Below are positions 1 through 7,350 of a DNA stretch of 38,242 nucleotides, one piece after another. The notes beneath the pieces are model-generated. The model worked only from the letters and a program-made list of their open reading frames with translations. It did not search any database and had not been told where the DNA came from. A program made the translations under genes and the position numbers. Position 1 is the first letter of the stretch; every line of letters starts with the position of its first letter. The stretch lies in IMG/VR virus record IMGVR_UViG_3300043394_000291, positions 1 to 38,242 of that record; one strand, 5' to 3'. This DNA is from a virus. Lineage: Duplodnaviria > Caudoviricetes.

Positions 1-66
1 ACTTCTGATAAGGCATAAATACAATATTTACCCTTGTTGTTGTTTTCTTTGGTGGTGGCATTTTTT

Positions 67-345
67 TTAATTTAAGTTGAATACATAATCTAATTCTATT
101 TGTTGATACCATTGTAAAACACTTACATCAACTATTTTTTTTTCTTTTTTAATCAATGGTTTTAATTTCGACAAAGTAAACCATTTACGATTAATCCAAT
201 ATCCTAAACAATTATTATTATCTTTTAAATTTACTAAAGTTGGTAAATTAGTAATGTCAAATAATTGCTTTTTTCTAAAAGCAAATACTCTATTTTCTAA
301 CTCAAAAAAATTAGAGTAAATTATTATGTCAAGGTTTTCTTCCAT
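67..345 (-). CDS. hypothetical protein
   Basis: 92-aa ORF on the genome-wide coding strand; no recognised motif. Confidence 0.6.
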   Translation of the reverse strand: MEENLDIIIYSNFFELENRVFAFRKKQLFDITNLPTLVNLKDNNNCLGYWINRKWFTLSKLKPLIKKEKKIVDVSVLQWYQQIELDYVFNLN

Positions 346-388
346 TGTTTATAAGTGCTTATATAAGTTAGTTGCGAGTATAAAGGAG

Positions 389-774
389 TTATGCCTTATT
401 TTGAAGAACGAGACGAACCAACAGTTAAAATTCCAGCTCCAAGAACGAATCCGAAGTTATACCAACCTCCGTTATTGTTGTAAGCATAAAATGCAATATC
501 ATCAAAAAATAAGCTACCAATAAATGAAATTGGTGCAACTATTCCGTGCCATAAACCGCCCCAAAATCCATAAGGCGAACTTGTAATACAATCTTGTACG
601 TGTGGGCTTACATCAGCACAAGAAGTTAAAGAAAGAAAAACAAGGCATAACAGCCATTTGGCAAGATTGCGGGTTTGTTTTGTGTTTTGAAACATAGTTT
701 TTTAATTTAAAGATTAGTAATATTTTGCGTGTTTGGGTCTTGAATCGTCCGCAACCTCGCCAAGTGAGAGGACG
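389..774 (+). mobile_element. integron-like gene cassette 1 (lipoprotein gene + attC-like site 1)
   Basis: Starts G|TTATGCCTT (388-397); its attC-like site begins AAGGCATAAC (642-651), the exact 10-nt reverse complement. Confidence 0.75.
396..695 (-). CDS. small membrane lipoprotein (GFWxGLWHG...NxGxWYxFGF type)
   Basis: Signal peptide with lipobox-like LTSC, then hydrophobic/aromatic segments; the ATG lies inside the loop of attC-like site 1. Confidence 0.75.
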   Translation of the reverse strand: MFQNTKQTRNLAKWLLCLVFLSLTSCADVSPHVQDCITSSPYGFWGGLWHGIVAPISFIGSLFFDDIAFYAYNNNGGWYNFGFVLGAGILTVGSSRSSK

Positions 775-780
775 TTATAC
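645..780 (+). repeat. attC-like site 1
   Basis: GCATAAC (645-651), arm CATTTGGCAAGATTGCGG (655-672), loop, arm CCGCAACCTCGCCAAGTG (749-766), GTTATAC (774-780). Confidence 0.8.
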
Positions 781-1412
781 GCAAGGCTACCATTCGTTTT
801 CATATTGAGCTTTTCGGTTCAACTTTTAATAATTTTTCTGCCTCCCTCTCAATGTAAATATTAATTCTACTATCCATACTTTCAGATTGCCACCATCCCA
901 CATATTGCTTTTTCTTTCTACCAACAATAAAAGGAGTAATCCAGTCAATGAATTTATCTATCTCGCTATCGTAGTTTTTAAATTCGGTATGTAAATCAAC
1001 TACCCAATACTCCTTTTCTTGATACATCTTTCCTCCTTGAATATCTCCCCAGTTGGTAGAAAGAAAAAGCATATACCACCGTTCACATTTAAAAAATTCG
1101 TGATTAAGTTCGGGATTGAACACATCTTTGGTATCAAATAGAACCTTGTCGTGTCCTAAATCTCTTTCAATAAGCACTCTTTTTAAAATGCTCACTACAT
1201 TGTCAGGCGTATCTTTACGCAACTTAATTTTACATTGTAATTCTGTATAGTGTCCCATCGCTCAAAAATTATTAAAAGTTGTTTCGTTTTTCATATCAAC
1301 ATTCTGCCTTAATTAACCGCCCAGCGTATAACACGGTATTTGCAAAATTGCCCATAAACATTTGTGCTAAATTTGAAGTATCTGCAAGGGCAACTTCGCA
1401 AATACCCATACG
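775..1412 (+). mobile_element. integron-like gene cassette 2
   Basis: Starts G|TTATACGC (774-782); its attC-like site begins GCGTATAAC (1324-1332), the exact reverse complement. Confidence 0.75.
800..1258 (-). CDS. hypothetical protein (cassette 2 cargo)
   Basis: 152-aa ORF occupying most of the interval between two attC-like sites. Confidence 0.8.
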   Translation of the reverse strand: MGHYTELQCKIKLRKDTPDNVVSILKRVLIERDLGHDKVLFDTKDVFNPELNHEFFKCERWYMLFLSTNWGDIQGGKMYQEKEYWVVDLHTEFKNYDSEIDKFIDWITPFIVGRKKKQYVGWWQSESMDSRINIYIEREAEKLLKVEPKSSI

Positions 1413-1418
1413 TTATAA
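1326..1418 (+). repeat. attC-like site 2
   Basis: GTATAAC (1326-1332), arm GGTATTTGCAAAATTGCCC (1335-1353), arm GGGCAACTTCGCAAATACC (1388-1406), GTTATAA (1412-1418). Confidence 0.8.
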
Positions 1419-1739
1419 GCAAGCAATCCCAAAATCACGTTCAAGGATTTTAATCACATTTTTTTTATTAAGTGCTGAAATATAAACGCAGTTTTCTTTT
1501 TTGGTTACTTTCTTTTGAGCAACGATATTCCCTTTCATTGCTTCCTCAAATTTTATTGCGGGCAGTTCGTCAAATTCCGCAATTTCAATAGTTTTTAAAT
1601 TCAAATTAACTTCAAATAAAGTGTGGTTTTTTTGAGGTGTAATTTTATAATCAAAAACAGTTTGTATTTCTTGAACTTGTTGTTTTACTTGTTCAATTTT
1701 GTCTTTTTCTTGGTCTTTTTCAAAATTTGCTAATCTCAT
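1413..1739 (-). CDS. hypothetical protein (cassette 3 cargo)
   Basis: 108-aa ORF; its TAA stop is the TTA of the GTTA core. Confidence 0.8.
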   Translation of the reverse strand: MRLANFEKDQEKDKIEQVKQQVQEIQTVFDYKITPQKNHTLFEVNLNLKTIEIAEFDELPAIKFEEAMKGNIVAQKKVTKKENCVYISALNKKNVIKILERDFGIACL

Positions 1740-1877
1740 ATTTTGCCTACTTATAACAGCAATTACACGCTATTGCTACATTGTGATTAATTTAGTGTTT
1801 AGTTTGTATCTTTCAATTCCGTGTTAAACTGAAAGGTATTTTTTACTTTTACGCAACAGACGTGTAGTTGCAAACCG
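1413..1877 (+). mobile_element. integron-like gene cassette 3
   Basis: Starts G|TTATAAG (1412-1419); its attC-like site begins CTTATAAC (1750-1757), the exact reverse complement. Confidence 0.75.
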
Positions 1878-1883
1878 TTAATT
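1751..1883 (+). repeat. attC-like site 3
   Basis: TTATAAC (1751-1757), arm GCAATTACACGCTATTGC (1759-1776), internal hairpin ~1807-1838, arm GCAACAGACGTGTAGTTGC (1853-1871), GTT at 1877. Confidence 0.8.
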
Positions 1884-1889
1884 ATTTTA

Positions 1890-1923
1890 CAAATATAACA
1901 TTTATTTTGATATTAATAACAAA
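1890..1923 (-). promoter_or_regulatory. Bacteroidota-type promoter pointing into the cassette array
   Basis: TATATTTG (-7; 1897-1890) and TTTG (1923-1920), 22-bp spacer. Confidence 0.65.
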
Positions 1924-1931
1924 ATGATGTA

Positions 1932-1950
1932 GTTTATAATTAGTCTAAAT
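1932..1950. promoter_or_regulatory. 19-bp palindromic operator-like box (copy A)
   Basis: GTTTATAATTAGTCTAAAT; matches the ATTTAGA-N5-TCTAAAT pattern seen at four other promoters. Confidence 0.55.
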
Positions 1951-1978
1951 AAAGAAACCGAAGTTCGAGCTTCGGTTT
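1948..1978 (-). terminator. intrinsic terminator after the lysis cassette
   Basis: AAACCGAAG/CTTCGGTTT stem (1955-1978) followed on the minus strand by a T-rich tail. Confidence 0.75.
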
Positions 1979-2038
1979 AGTTTGTGTTAAATTTATTTTG
2001 TAATAAAGTAACGGACGGATTACAAATATAATAAAAAA

Positions 2039-2431
2039 TTACTCAATAGTAATAAAAACTTTCTCTTTTTTCAATGCTTCTTTTAATTTAGGTAAAAATT
2101 TAGACATAGCAACTCTTGAATTACCTATAAAATCAACACCTCGTGTGGTTCCTAAAAGTAAACATCCGTCGGTATTGTCTGCGGTGTTTCCCGAATGAAT
2201 ACGTACGCCTTCGTAATTTGGCACGTTTAATAATAAAGGCAAAACAACTTTAAATCTATTCGACATTGTCATTATAACCTCGTATTTTCCTTTCGGTATT
2301 GCGGTTTTACCATGTATTTTTTCAACTCGTTCAATATCTTCTAACGTGTAGCACTCGAATTTACCATTAATAGATAACTCTCCTATTGTTGATTTACTTG
2401 TTTTGTGCAGTCTTTTTAGTAGTAGTTCCAT
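2039..2431 (-). CDS. putative endolysin, DUF5675-like
   Basis: TIGELxING...CYTLED...IPxGxY...IHSGNT..TDGCLLLG motif pattern; last gene of the late block, next to holin-like genes. Confidence 0.75.
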   Translation of the reverse strand: MELLLKRLHKTSKSTIGELSINGKFECYTLEDIERVEKIHGKTAIPKGKYEVIMTMSNRFKVVLPLLLNVPNYEGVRIHSGNTADNTDGCLLLGTTRGVDFIGNSRVAMSKFLPKLKEALKKEKVFITIE

Positions 2432-2745
2432 TATTTATCTGTTATTATTTTAAAAATAGTAATTATTAACGCTCCAGCAATTCCACGCCCCCACCATTTA
2501 GCACTATCAATATCCTTTGCGTGACTTTCAGACTTAATTTGTAAACCCTCTACTTTTGATTTCACATCGTCAAGCATCGAAATAACACCTTTGTTTTTGT
2601 TTAGTTCAGAACCTCCCAAAACTATTAATATTTCTTTTTGCATTTCAGCAATATTCTTAACGTTTTCTCTTATATCTTTAATATGTAAATCACGTCTTTC
2701 GTCTTTAACTTCGAGTGCTTTCAATCTTTCGTCTGTTGTTGCCAT
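2431..2745 (-). CDS. coiled-coil protein with C-terminal TM helix (holin/antiholin-like)
   Basis: Heptad-rich N-terminus, C-terminal GIAGALIITIF; adjacent to the endolysin. Confidence 0.55.
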   Translation of the reverse strand: MATTDERLKALEVKDERRDLHIKDIRENVKNIAEMQKEILIVLGGSELNKNKGVISMLDDVKSKVEGLQIKSESHAKDIDSAKWWGRGIAGALIITIFKIITDK

Positions 2746-2754
2746 AGTAAGGTG

Positions 2755-2985
2755 TTATGGTTCTAAATTAGTATTAATATTTTCGTTTGTTTTTTGTGTT
2801 CTATAAATTGAAAAACCACCAACTCCTAAGAAACCTAAGAAAACAAATTCTTTAACTTCAAAAGTAGGTAAAAAAATTGGAATAAAAGCGTAACAAGTAG
2901 CAACAAAAAAGCTACTAAAAGTTAGTAAACGTTTTTGACTCCATTTGTCCTTATTCTTTAAAGTATCATTTATTAAACCTATCAT
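2755..2985 (-). CDS. putative holin (2 TM)
   Basis: 76 aa, WSQKR followed by two hydrophobic segments, in the lysis region. Confidence 0.6.
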   Translation of the reverse strand: MIGLINDTLKNKDKWSQKRLLTFSSFFVATCYAFIPIFLPTFEVKEFVFLGFLGVGGFSIYRTQKTNENINTNLEP

Positions 2986-3301
2986 AATTTATATTTCGCT
3001 CAATTAGTAATATAATTGGTGTTGTGATTATTAAAATGCTCCAAAACTTGTAATTAACATAATCAATAGGATAATTCAAATCGATTAATTTAAACGCTAA
3101 AAAAATAAAAGCGAATAGATAGCATTGTTTTTGGAATATGTTTAATTTACGATACATATAAAGCACTATAATAGCGGATGCAACGTAAAAAGGAGTGTCT
3201 ATACTATCTATAATTTGCCAATTGTTAGAATACCAATCAGTTTGCATTATAAAAATACAAACTAAATTATAAAGTAATATGAACGCTCCTAAATTTTTCA
3301 T
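2966..3301 (-). CDS. multi-pass membrane protein
   Basis: About 4 hydrophobic segments; start moved to ATG 3301 (MKNLG), just after the stop of the upstream small ORF. Confidence 0.65.
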   Translation of the reverse strand: MKNLGAFILLYNLVCIFIMQTDWYSNNWQIIDSIDTPFYVASAIIVLYMYRKLNIFQKQCYLFAFIFLAFKLIDLNYPIDYVNYKFWSILIITTPIILLIERNINYDRFNK

Positions 3302-3302
3302 T

Positions 3303-3431
3303 CTATTTTGGTCTGTGAGGACGTGGCGCACCGATATTTTGCACCAACACTACATCGTTTAAATCTGCATTATCTAACATTGTTTCTACTTCTTCAATGG
3401 TTTTCTTTTGTTCTTCTGTTAATTCTTTCAT
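3303..3431 (-). CDS. 42-aa peptide ending IGAPRPHRPK
   Basis: Hand-translated MKELTEEQKK...; fills the gap, below the ORF-track size range. Confidence 0.55.
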   Translation of the reverse strand: MKELTEEQKKTIEEVETMLDNADLNDVVLVQNIGAPRPHRPK

Positions 3432-3442
3432 TTTATTTAGTT

Positions 3443-3607
3443 TTAAATTTCTCTAATATCAATCCAAACATTATTCTCTAAATCTACTTTCGCAAATTCT
3501 AATTCAATAGTTGGATAAAAGTCTACTCCATTATTAGGTTTTTCAATATAAAAGTTTGTACTTAAATACATTAAATTTTCGTCGTATAAATAATATTGCT
3601 TTTCCAT
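3443..3607 (-). CDS. 54-aa protein downstream of the tail fibre gene (possible fibre-assembly protein)
   Basis: Hand-translated MEKQYYLYDEN...; starts right after the fibre stop. Confidence 0.55.
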   Translation of the reverse strand: MEKQYYLYDENLMYLSTNFYIEKPNNGVDFYPTIELEFAKVDLENNVWIDIREI

Positions 3608-3609
3608 AA

Positions 3610-5211
3610 TTAAACTATATCAGATGATGATGTTGTGCTTGATGCTCCTAATTCTATAAATCTAATAATATGATTTTCTACTATTGGTGTTGTGCTTACA
3701 TTTGTTGCAAAAGCTATAATTAAAGTACCAGCAGTAGAAGTAACTACCTCTATATTAATAGTGGCTCTAGCAAACGCTTGCGTTCCACTTGTCATTAACG
3801 CTGCCGAAATTGTGGCGCTATTGAGAGCGGTGTATGATGGTGTATTTGATGAAATTAAAGTTGCACTTTTACAAGCTAAACTTTGACCATTTACAGAGGT
3901 TATTCCAGCAGTTCCTAAAATACCAAATTGAACATAGTTAGTTGTCCCCGTTGAAAGTCCGCTTAATTGAAATTGAATTTCTATCTTATAACGAGTGTTT
4001 GCTTTCGCTGGAAAACTCCCGTTTCCACTACTTCCCGCATTAGATAGTTTTTGTAAAGCCGTTGAGCCTGTTCCGGTATAAGGACTTGATGAACTTATCC
4101 AAGACATTTTTTGTTGTTTACTATCCAATTGCCCTTGAATTGAACTTGTAGCATCTAAAAACTCATCCGTTTTAAAAGTTGCTAAGGCATCTGTAATATC
4201 AGTAATATCCGCAATACCATCATAATCTTTGTTTTGCCATTCTGCGGTATGCTCTGTATCTACATTATTTGATTTTAAAATCATTTTCTTTGTAGAACCA
4301 TTTGTTTGAGTAACCACCTCTTTTGCTTTAATAGCAAAATCCCCTAAATCAACATCAATATTAGCATTGCTTCCGTCACGTTTAAGGGCATCTAAATCTG
4401 TTGCGGTTGTTGGGATATCAGAAGTTAAAGCAATTGTACCCGAAGCATCTTGATACGTTTGCGCTCTTGTATCTGTTATCGATGTAGGTATTTGTATGGT
4501 TAATGTTTTATTAGTTGTTTTATCTAATATTTCAACATTACCATTTGAATTTATAACATATTCAAATAAATTATCTTCAATACTTAATCTATTTGTGTAA
4601 GGATTGTATTCAAATTTACTTGTAGCGCCATCAGAAATATTTATATAACTTTGATTTATAATAGAAATAGCATTTACAGCATCTATTGATAAATCCCAAA
4701 ACTCTATAAATCCAGTTGTTGAATCTATTTTTACAAATAAATCTGCACTTGCTCTAAAAATAACCTCATCAGTCGTTTCATTCCCCTCTGTTGTCACTTC
4801 TTGAAGTGTTGGGGTTGTTCCGCTACCGCCACTTGAACTAATTACATAAGGGTCGGCTAAAGTTCCAGTTCCAGTGATTGTTACGTTTGTACCCTCTGAA
4901 ATTAAACCAGTGATACTATCAGCATTACCAGCACCTAAGTAAGCAGTATAGCCTAAAACAACTAATCTCGTTCTTAATTGTTCAGCGGTTAAGAATGTTT
5001 CTTCAACACTTGAGGCGGTTTCGTCAATAACAATAATATCTAAAACCGATAAGGATATTTGCGGAATGTTTGCACCATTTCGTAACACTATTACAAATGT
5101 GTTTAAAACATCGTCTAAAACTACTTCAAAATCTGAAATAGAAACATTTTTAGCACCATCATTAAAGACGTGCCAAAAATTATTACTACCTTTTTTTATT
5201 ATCTTAAACAT
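3610..5211 (-). CDS. tail fibre / receptor-binding protein
   Basis: 533 aa, S/T/G-rich and modular (ITGTGTLADPY, PTLQEVT, GTIALTSDI linkers); distal end of the tail block. Confidence 0.7.
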   Translation of the reverse strand: MFKIIKKGSNNFWHVFNDGAKNVSISDFEVVLDDVLNTFVIVLRNGANIPQISLSVLDIIVIDETASSVEETFLTAEQLRTRLVVLGYTAYLGAGNADSITGLISEGTNVTITGTGTLADPYVISSSGGSGTTPTLQEVTTEGNETTDEVIFRASADLFVKIDSTTGFIEFWDLSIDAVNAISIINQSYINISDGATSKFEYNPYTNRLSIEDNLFEYVINSNGNVEILDKTTNKTLTIQIPTSITDTRAQTYQDASGTIALTSDIPTTATDLDALKRDGSNANIDVDLGDFAIKAKEVVTQTNGSTKKMILKSNNVDTEHTAEWQNKDYDGIADITDITDALATFKTDEFLDATSSIQGQLDSKQQKMSWISSSSPYTGTGSTALQKLSNAGSSGNGSFPAKANTRYKIEIQFQLSGLSTGTTNYVQFGILGTAGITSVNGQSLACKSATLISSNTPSYTALNSATISAALMTSGTQAFARATINIEVVTSTAGTLIIAFATNVSTTPIVENHIIRFIELGASSTTSSSDIV

Positions 5212-5215
5212 AAAA

Positions 5216-5935
5216 TTACATATTTGAGTGAGTTACTTTTTTCCAATCTGTACCATCGTAAAAACAAAGCACGTGTAAAGTAGTGTTATAAACAACTAAT
5301 CCCTCTGTTGGTGTTAATGCGTTTATTTCGGTTGTTGTTAATTCTGTAAATCCTAATTCTGTTGCGTTTTGTGGCAATACTGGTGCGATATAAGGCGTAG
5401 GAACTCCAACTCCTTTATTGTCTTGTTCTAATTTTAAACCATCAATTAAAATAGTTTTTTCACTAAAAGCACTACCATCGTTAGCTTTTAAGATAAATTT
5501 AAAAGTAATATCTTGACCAACAAATGTTGAGAATATTTGTGCAAATCTTTTCCATTTATCCGTTGCGGTGTATGGTTGTCCTACTACATCGATTGTAAAA
5601 TCATAAGTTTCAGCTAAAACACCACCAAAATACATTTCAATAGCACAATCAACATTCTCGGTATTATCTGCATTTACAAATAAAGAAAAAACCGCTTTAC
5701 CATTAACTAAAGGAACTATATCTACATTTGTTATCCAAAATGAATAATCAGTATTTTGATAATCTAAATTAATTATCTCTAAACTTCTACTTCCACCATA
5801 ACGAATAGTATTGTAATCAGTCGTACCCGTTCCACTTACATTTGTAAAAGTACTATCTACATCAAAACTATACTCATTTGGTAGTAAATTATCAGATATA
5901 TGTATGTTATTGTTTATATAAATTAAATTTGCCAT
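5216..5935 (-). CDS. tail-associated protein with probable carbohydrate-binding (jelly-roll) domain
   Basis: GxRSL...WKRF...IDGLKLE pattern; C-terminal GLVVYNTT..LCFYDGTDW motif typical of fibre proteins. Confidence 0.55.
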   Translation of the reverse strand: MANLIYINNNIHISDNLLPNEYSFDVDSTFTNVSGTGTTDYNTIRYGGSRSLEIINLDYQNTDYSFWITNVDIVPLVNGKAVFSLFVNADNTENVDCAIEMYFGGVLAETYDFTIDVVGQPYTATDKWKRFAQIFSTFVGQDITFKFILKANDGSAFSEKTILIDGLKLEQDNKGVGVPTPYIAPVLPQNATELGFTELTTTEINALTPTEGLVVYNTTLHVLCFYDGTDWKKVTHSNM

Positions 5936-5940
5936 AATAT

Positions 5941-6375
5941 TTAGTCGTTTACTTGGTAAGTTGTATTAATTTGTAATGTTGCTCCGCTTGAAATTGAATC
6001 TAATAAATAGATTGTATTTGTCGAAAATGATATTCTACAATTTGCATTACTTGGAAACAATACACCGCTTGAAATGGTATCTTGACCAGTTTTGGAATAT
6101 AATTCTGTATCGGTTTGAGTAAAACAAATTTCATTGCCTCTTATAGTTGCGTAATCGTTTCTAATAAAACCAATACAAGTAACCATATTACCTTTTTTGT
6201 TAAATTTAAGGTTGTAAGTATATTGATTTGCTCCAGCAGTATTGCTTTTTGTAATCGTTGTTGAAAAGAATGTATTTATAAGTTCTAACATCGAATTACG
6301 ATGCTTTGTTACGTCAATAACTGCGGTTATAAAACCATTTATTGTTGAAATTAAACTTGCTTTAGTTGTTGCCAT
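5941..6375 (-). CDS. minor tail/baseplate protein
   Basis: Position in the tail block; beta-rich, KKGNMV motif. Confidence 0.5.
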   Translation of the reverse strand: MATTKASLISTINGFITAVIDVTKHRNSMLELINTFFSTTITKSNTAGANQYTYNLKFNKKGNMVTCIGFIRNDYATIRGNEICFTQTDTELYSKTGQDTISSGVLFPSNANCRISFSTNTIYLLDSISSGATLQINTTYQVND

Positions 6376-6379
6376 ATTT

Positions 6380-6697
6380 TTAAATTAAATAATCATTACT
6401 ATATTGAGAGCTATTGTATTGCCCTGATGCTATTTCAAAAGTCCATTTTGTTGAATCGGTTATTCCATCATATATTTCTGAACCACTTTTAAAAAGTCCG
6501 TAATCAAACAGAATAAAATAACTTCCATTATCGGGAAATAAATTAGAAACATCGATAGTAAAAGTATTACTACTTACTGCAATTTCAGAAACTCCAAAAG
6601 TTAAAAACAAAGTATTATCTTTGTAAACCTTCAAAGTTCCACTTCCTAACTCAATAGGTTTATTAAATGTTCCTGATATTTCGTTAGGGAAGTTCAT
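6380..6697 (-). CDS. Ig-like (Big_5-type) structural protein
   Basis: TFNKPI..GSGTLKVY...YxGITD..KWTF resembles a bacterial Ig-like domain lacking its first strand. Confidence 0.55.
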   Translation of the reverse strand: MNFPNEISGTFNKPIELGSGTLKVYKDNTLFLTFGVSEIAVSSNTFTIDVSNLFPDNGSYFILFDYGLFKSGSEIYDGITDSTKWTFEIASGQYNSSQYSNDYLI

Positions 6698-7338
6698 TAA
6701 AGAGTTATTTCTAAATATGTTAAATATAAATCTAATGTGCCATTCCCGCCAGATGGGTTTGCTGTAGTTGCGCCTAAAACTATAGGTAAATTTTCGTAAG
6801 TCAAACCGCTTGTGGAAGTAGAATAATTCAAATTATTTAATCCCTCTGCATTATCAGCACTTGTTATAACTGCTCCAAAAGCTGAAAAACCAAAACTAAT
6901 TGTGCCTAATCCAATTCTAAAAAGTCCACTTGTAGTATAAGCACTGCTTACGTGTGTGTATTTTTGGAATAGAAATTGCGGAACTAATAATTTTCCAGTT
7001 ACCGATGGAACTAATTCAATAGGTGTCGTATATAAGTTTAAAATTTGTGCTGAACTTAATGATACTTTTATTTTTTTCATAACAGAAACGCCCACATTTG
7101 CATCAACATAAGTTTTAACCGCTTTTACACTTGGATATTTAGTATCACTTGCGCCATCTGTAGTTACGTTTGTAGATTTATTTGTTAAAACCTCCGCTAA
7201 AGCTATTTGCTCTGTTGCATAATCTACAATATCTTTCATTCTACCACCTACCTCTGCTGGTGTAATAGCGAAATCAACTGTTTCATTAGTAATTTGCGTA
7301 TCTATTAACGCTTTTAATGTTGTTGGATTAATTGACAT
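6697..7338 (-). CDS. virion structural protein (fibre-like)
   Basis: Contains NKST....SDTKYPSVKAVKTYVD, a motif common in phage fibre proteins. Confidence 0.6.
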   Translation of the reverse strand: MSINPTTLKALIDTQITNETVDFAITPAEVGGRMKDIVDYATEQIALAEVLTNKSTNVTTDGASDTKYPSVKAVKTYVDANVGVSVMKKIKVSLSSAQILNLYTTPIELVPSVTGKLLVPQFLFQKYTHVSSAYTTSGLFRIGLGTISFGFSAFGAVITSADNAEGLNNLNYSTSTSGLTYENLPIVLGATTANPSGGNGTLDLYLTYLEITL

Positions 7339-7350
7339 ATTTTTATTTTT

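Noticed and set aside
645-1883. CRISPR array or simple terminator reading of the three hairpins
   Set aside because: The repeats are not identical, the intervening units are whole genes, there are no U tracts, and only the cassette model explains the cross-site core complementarity.
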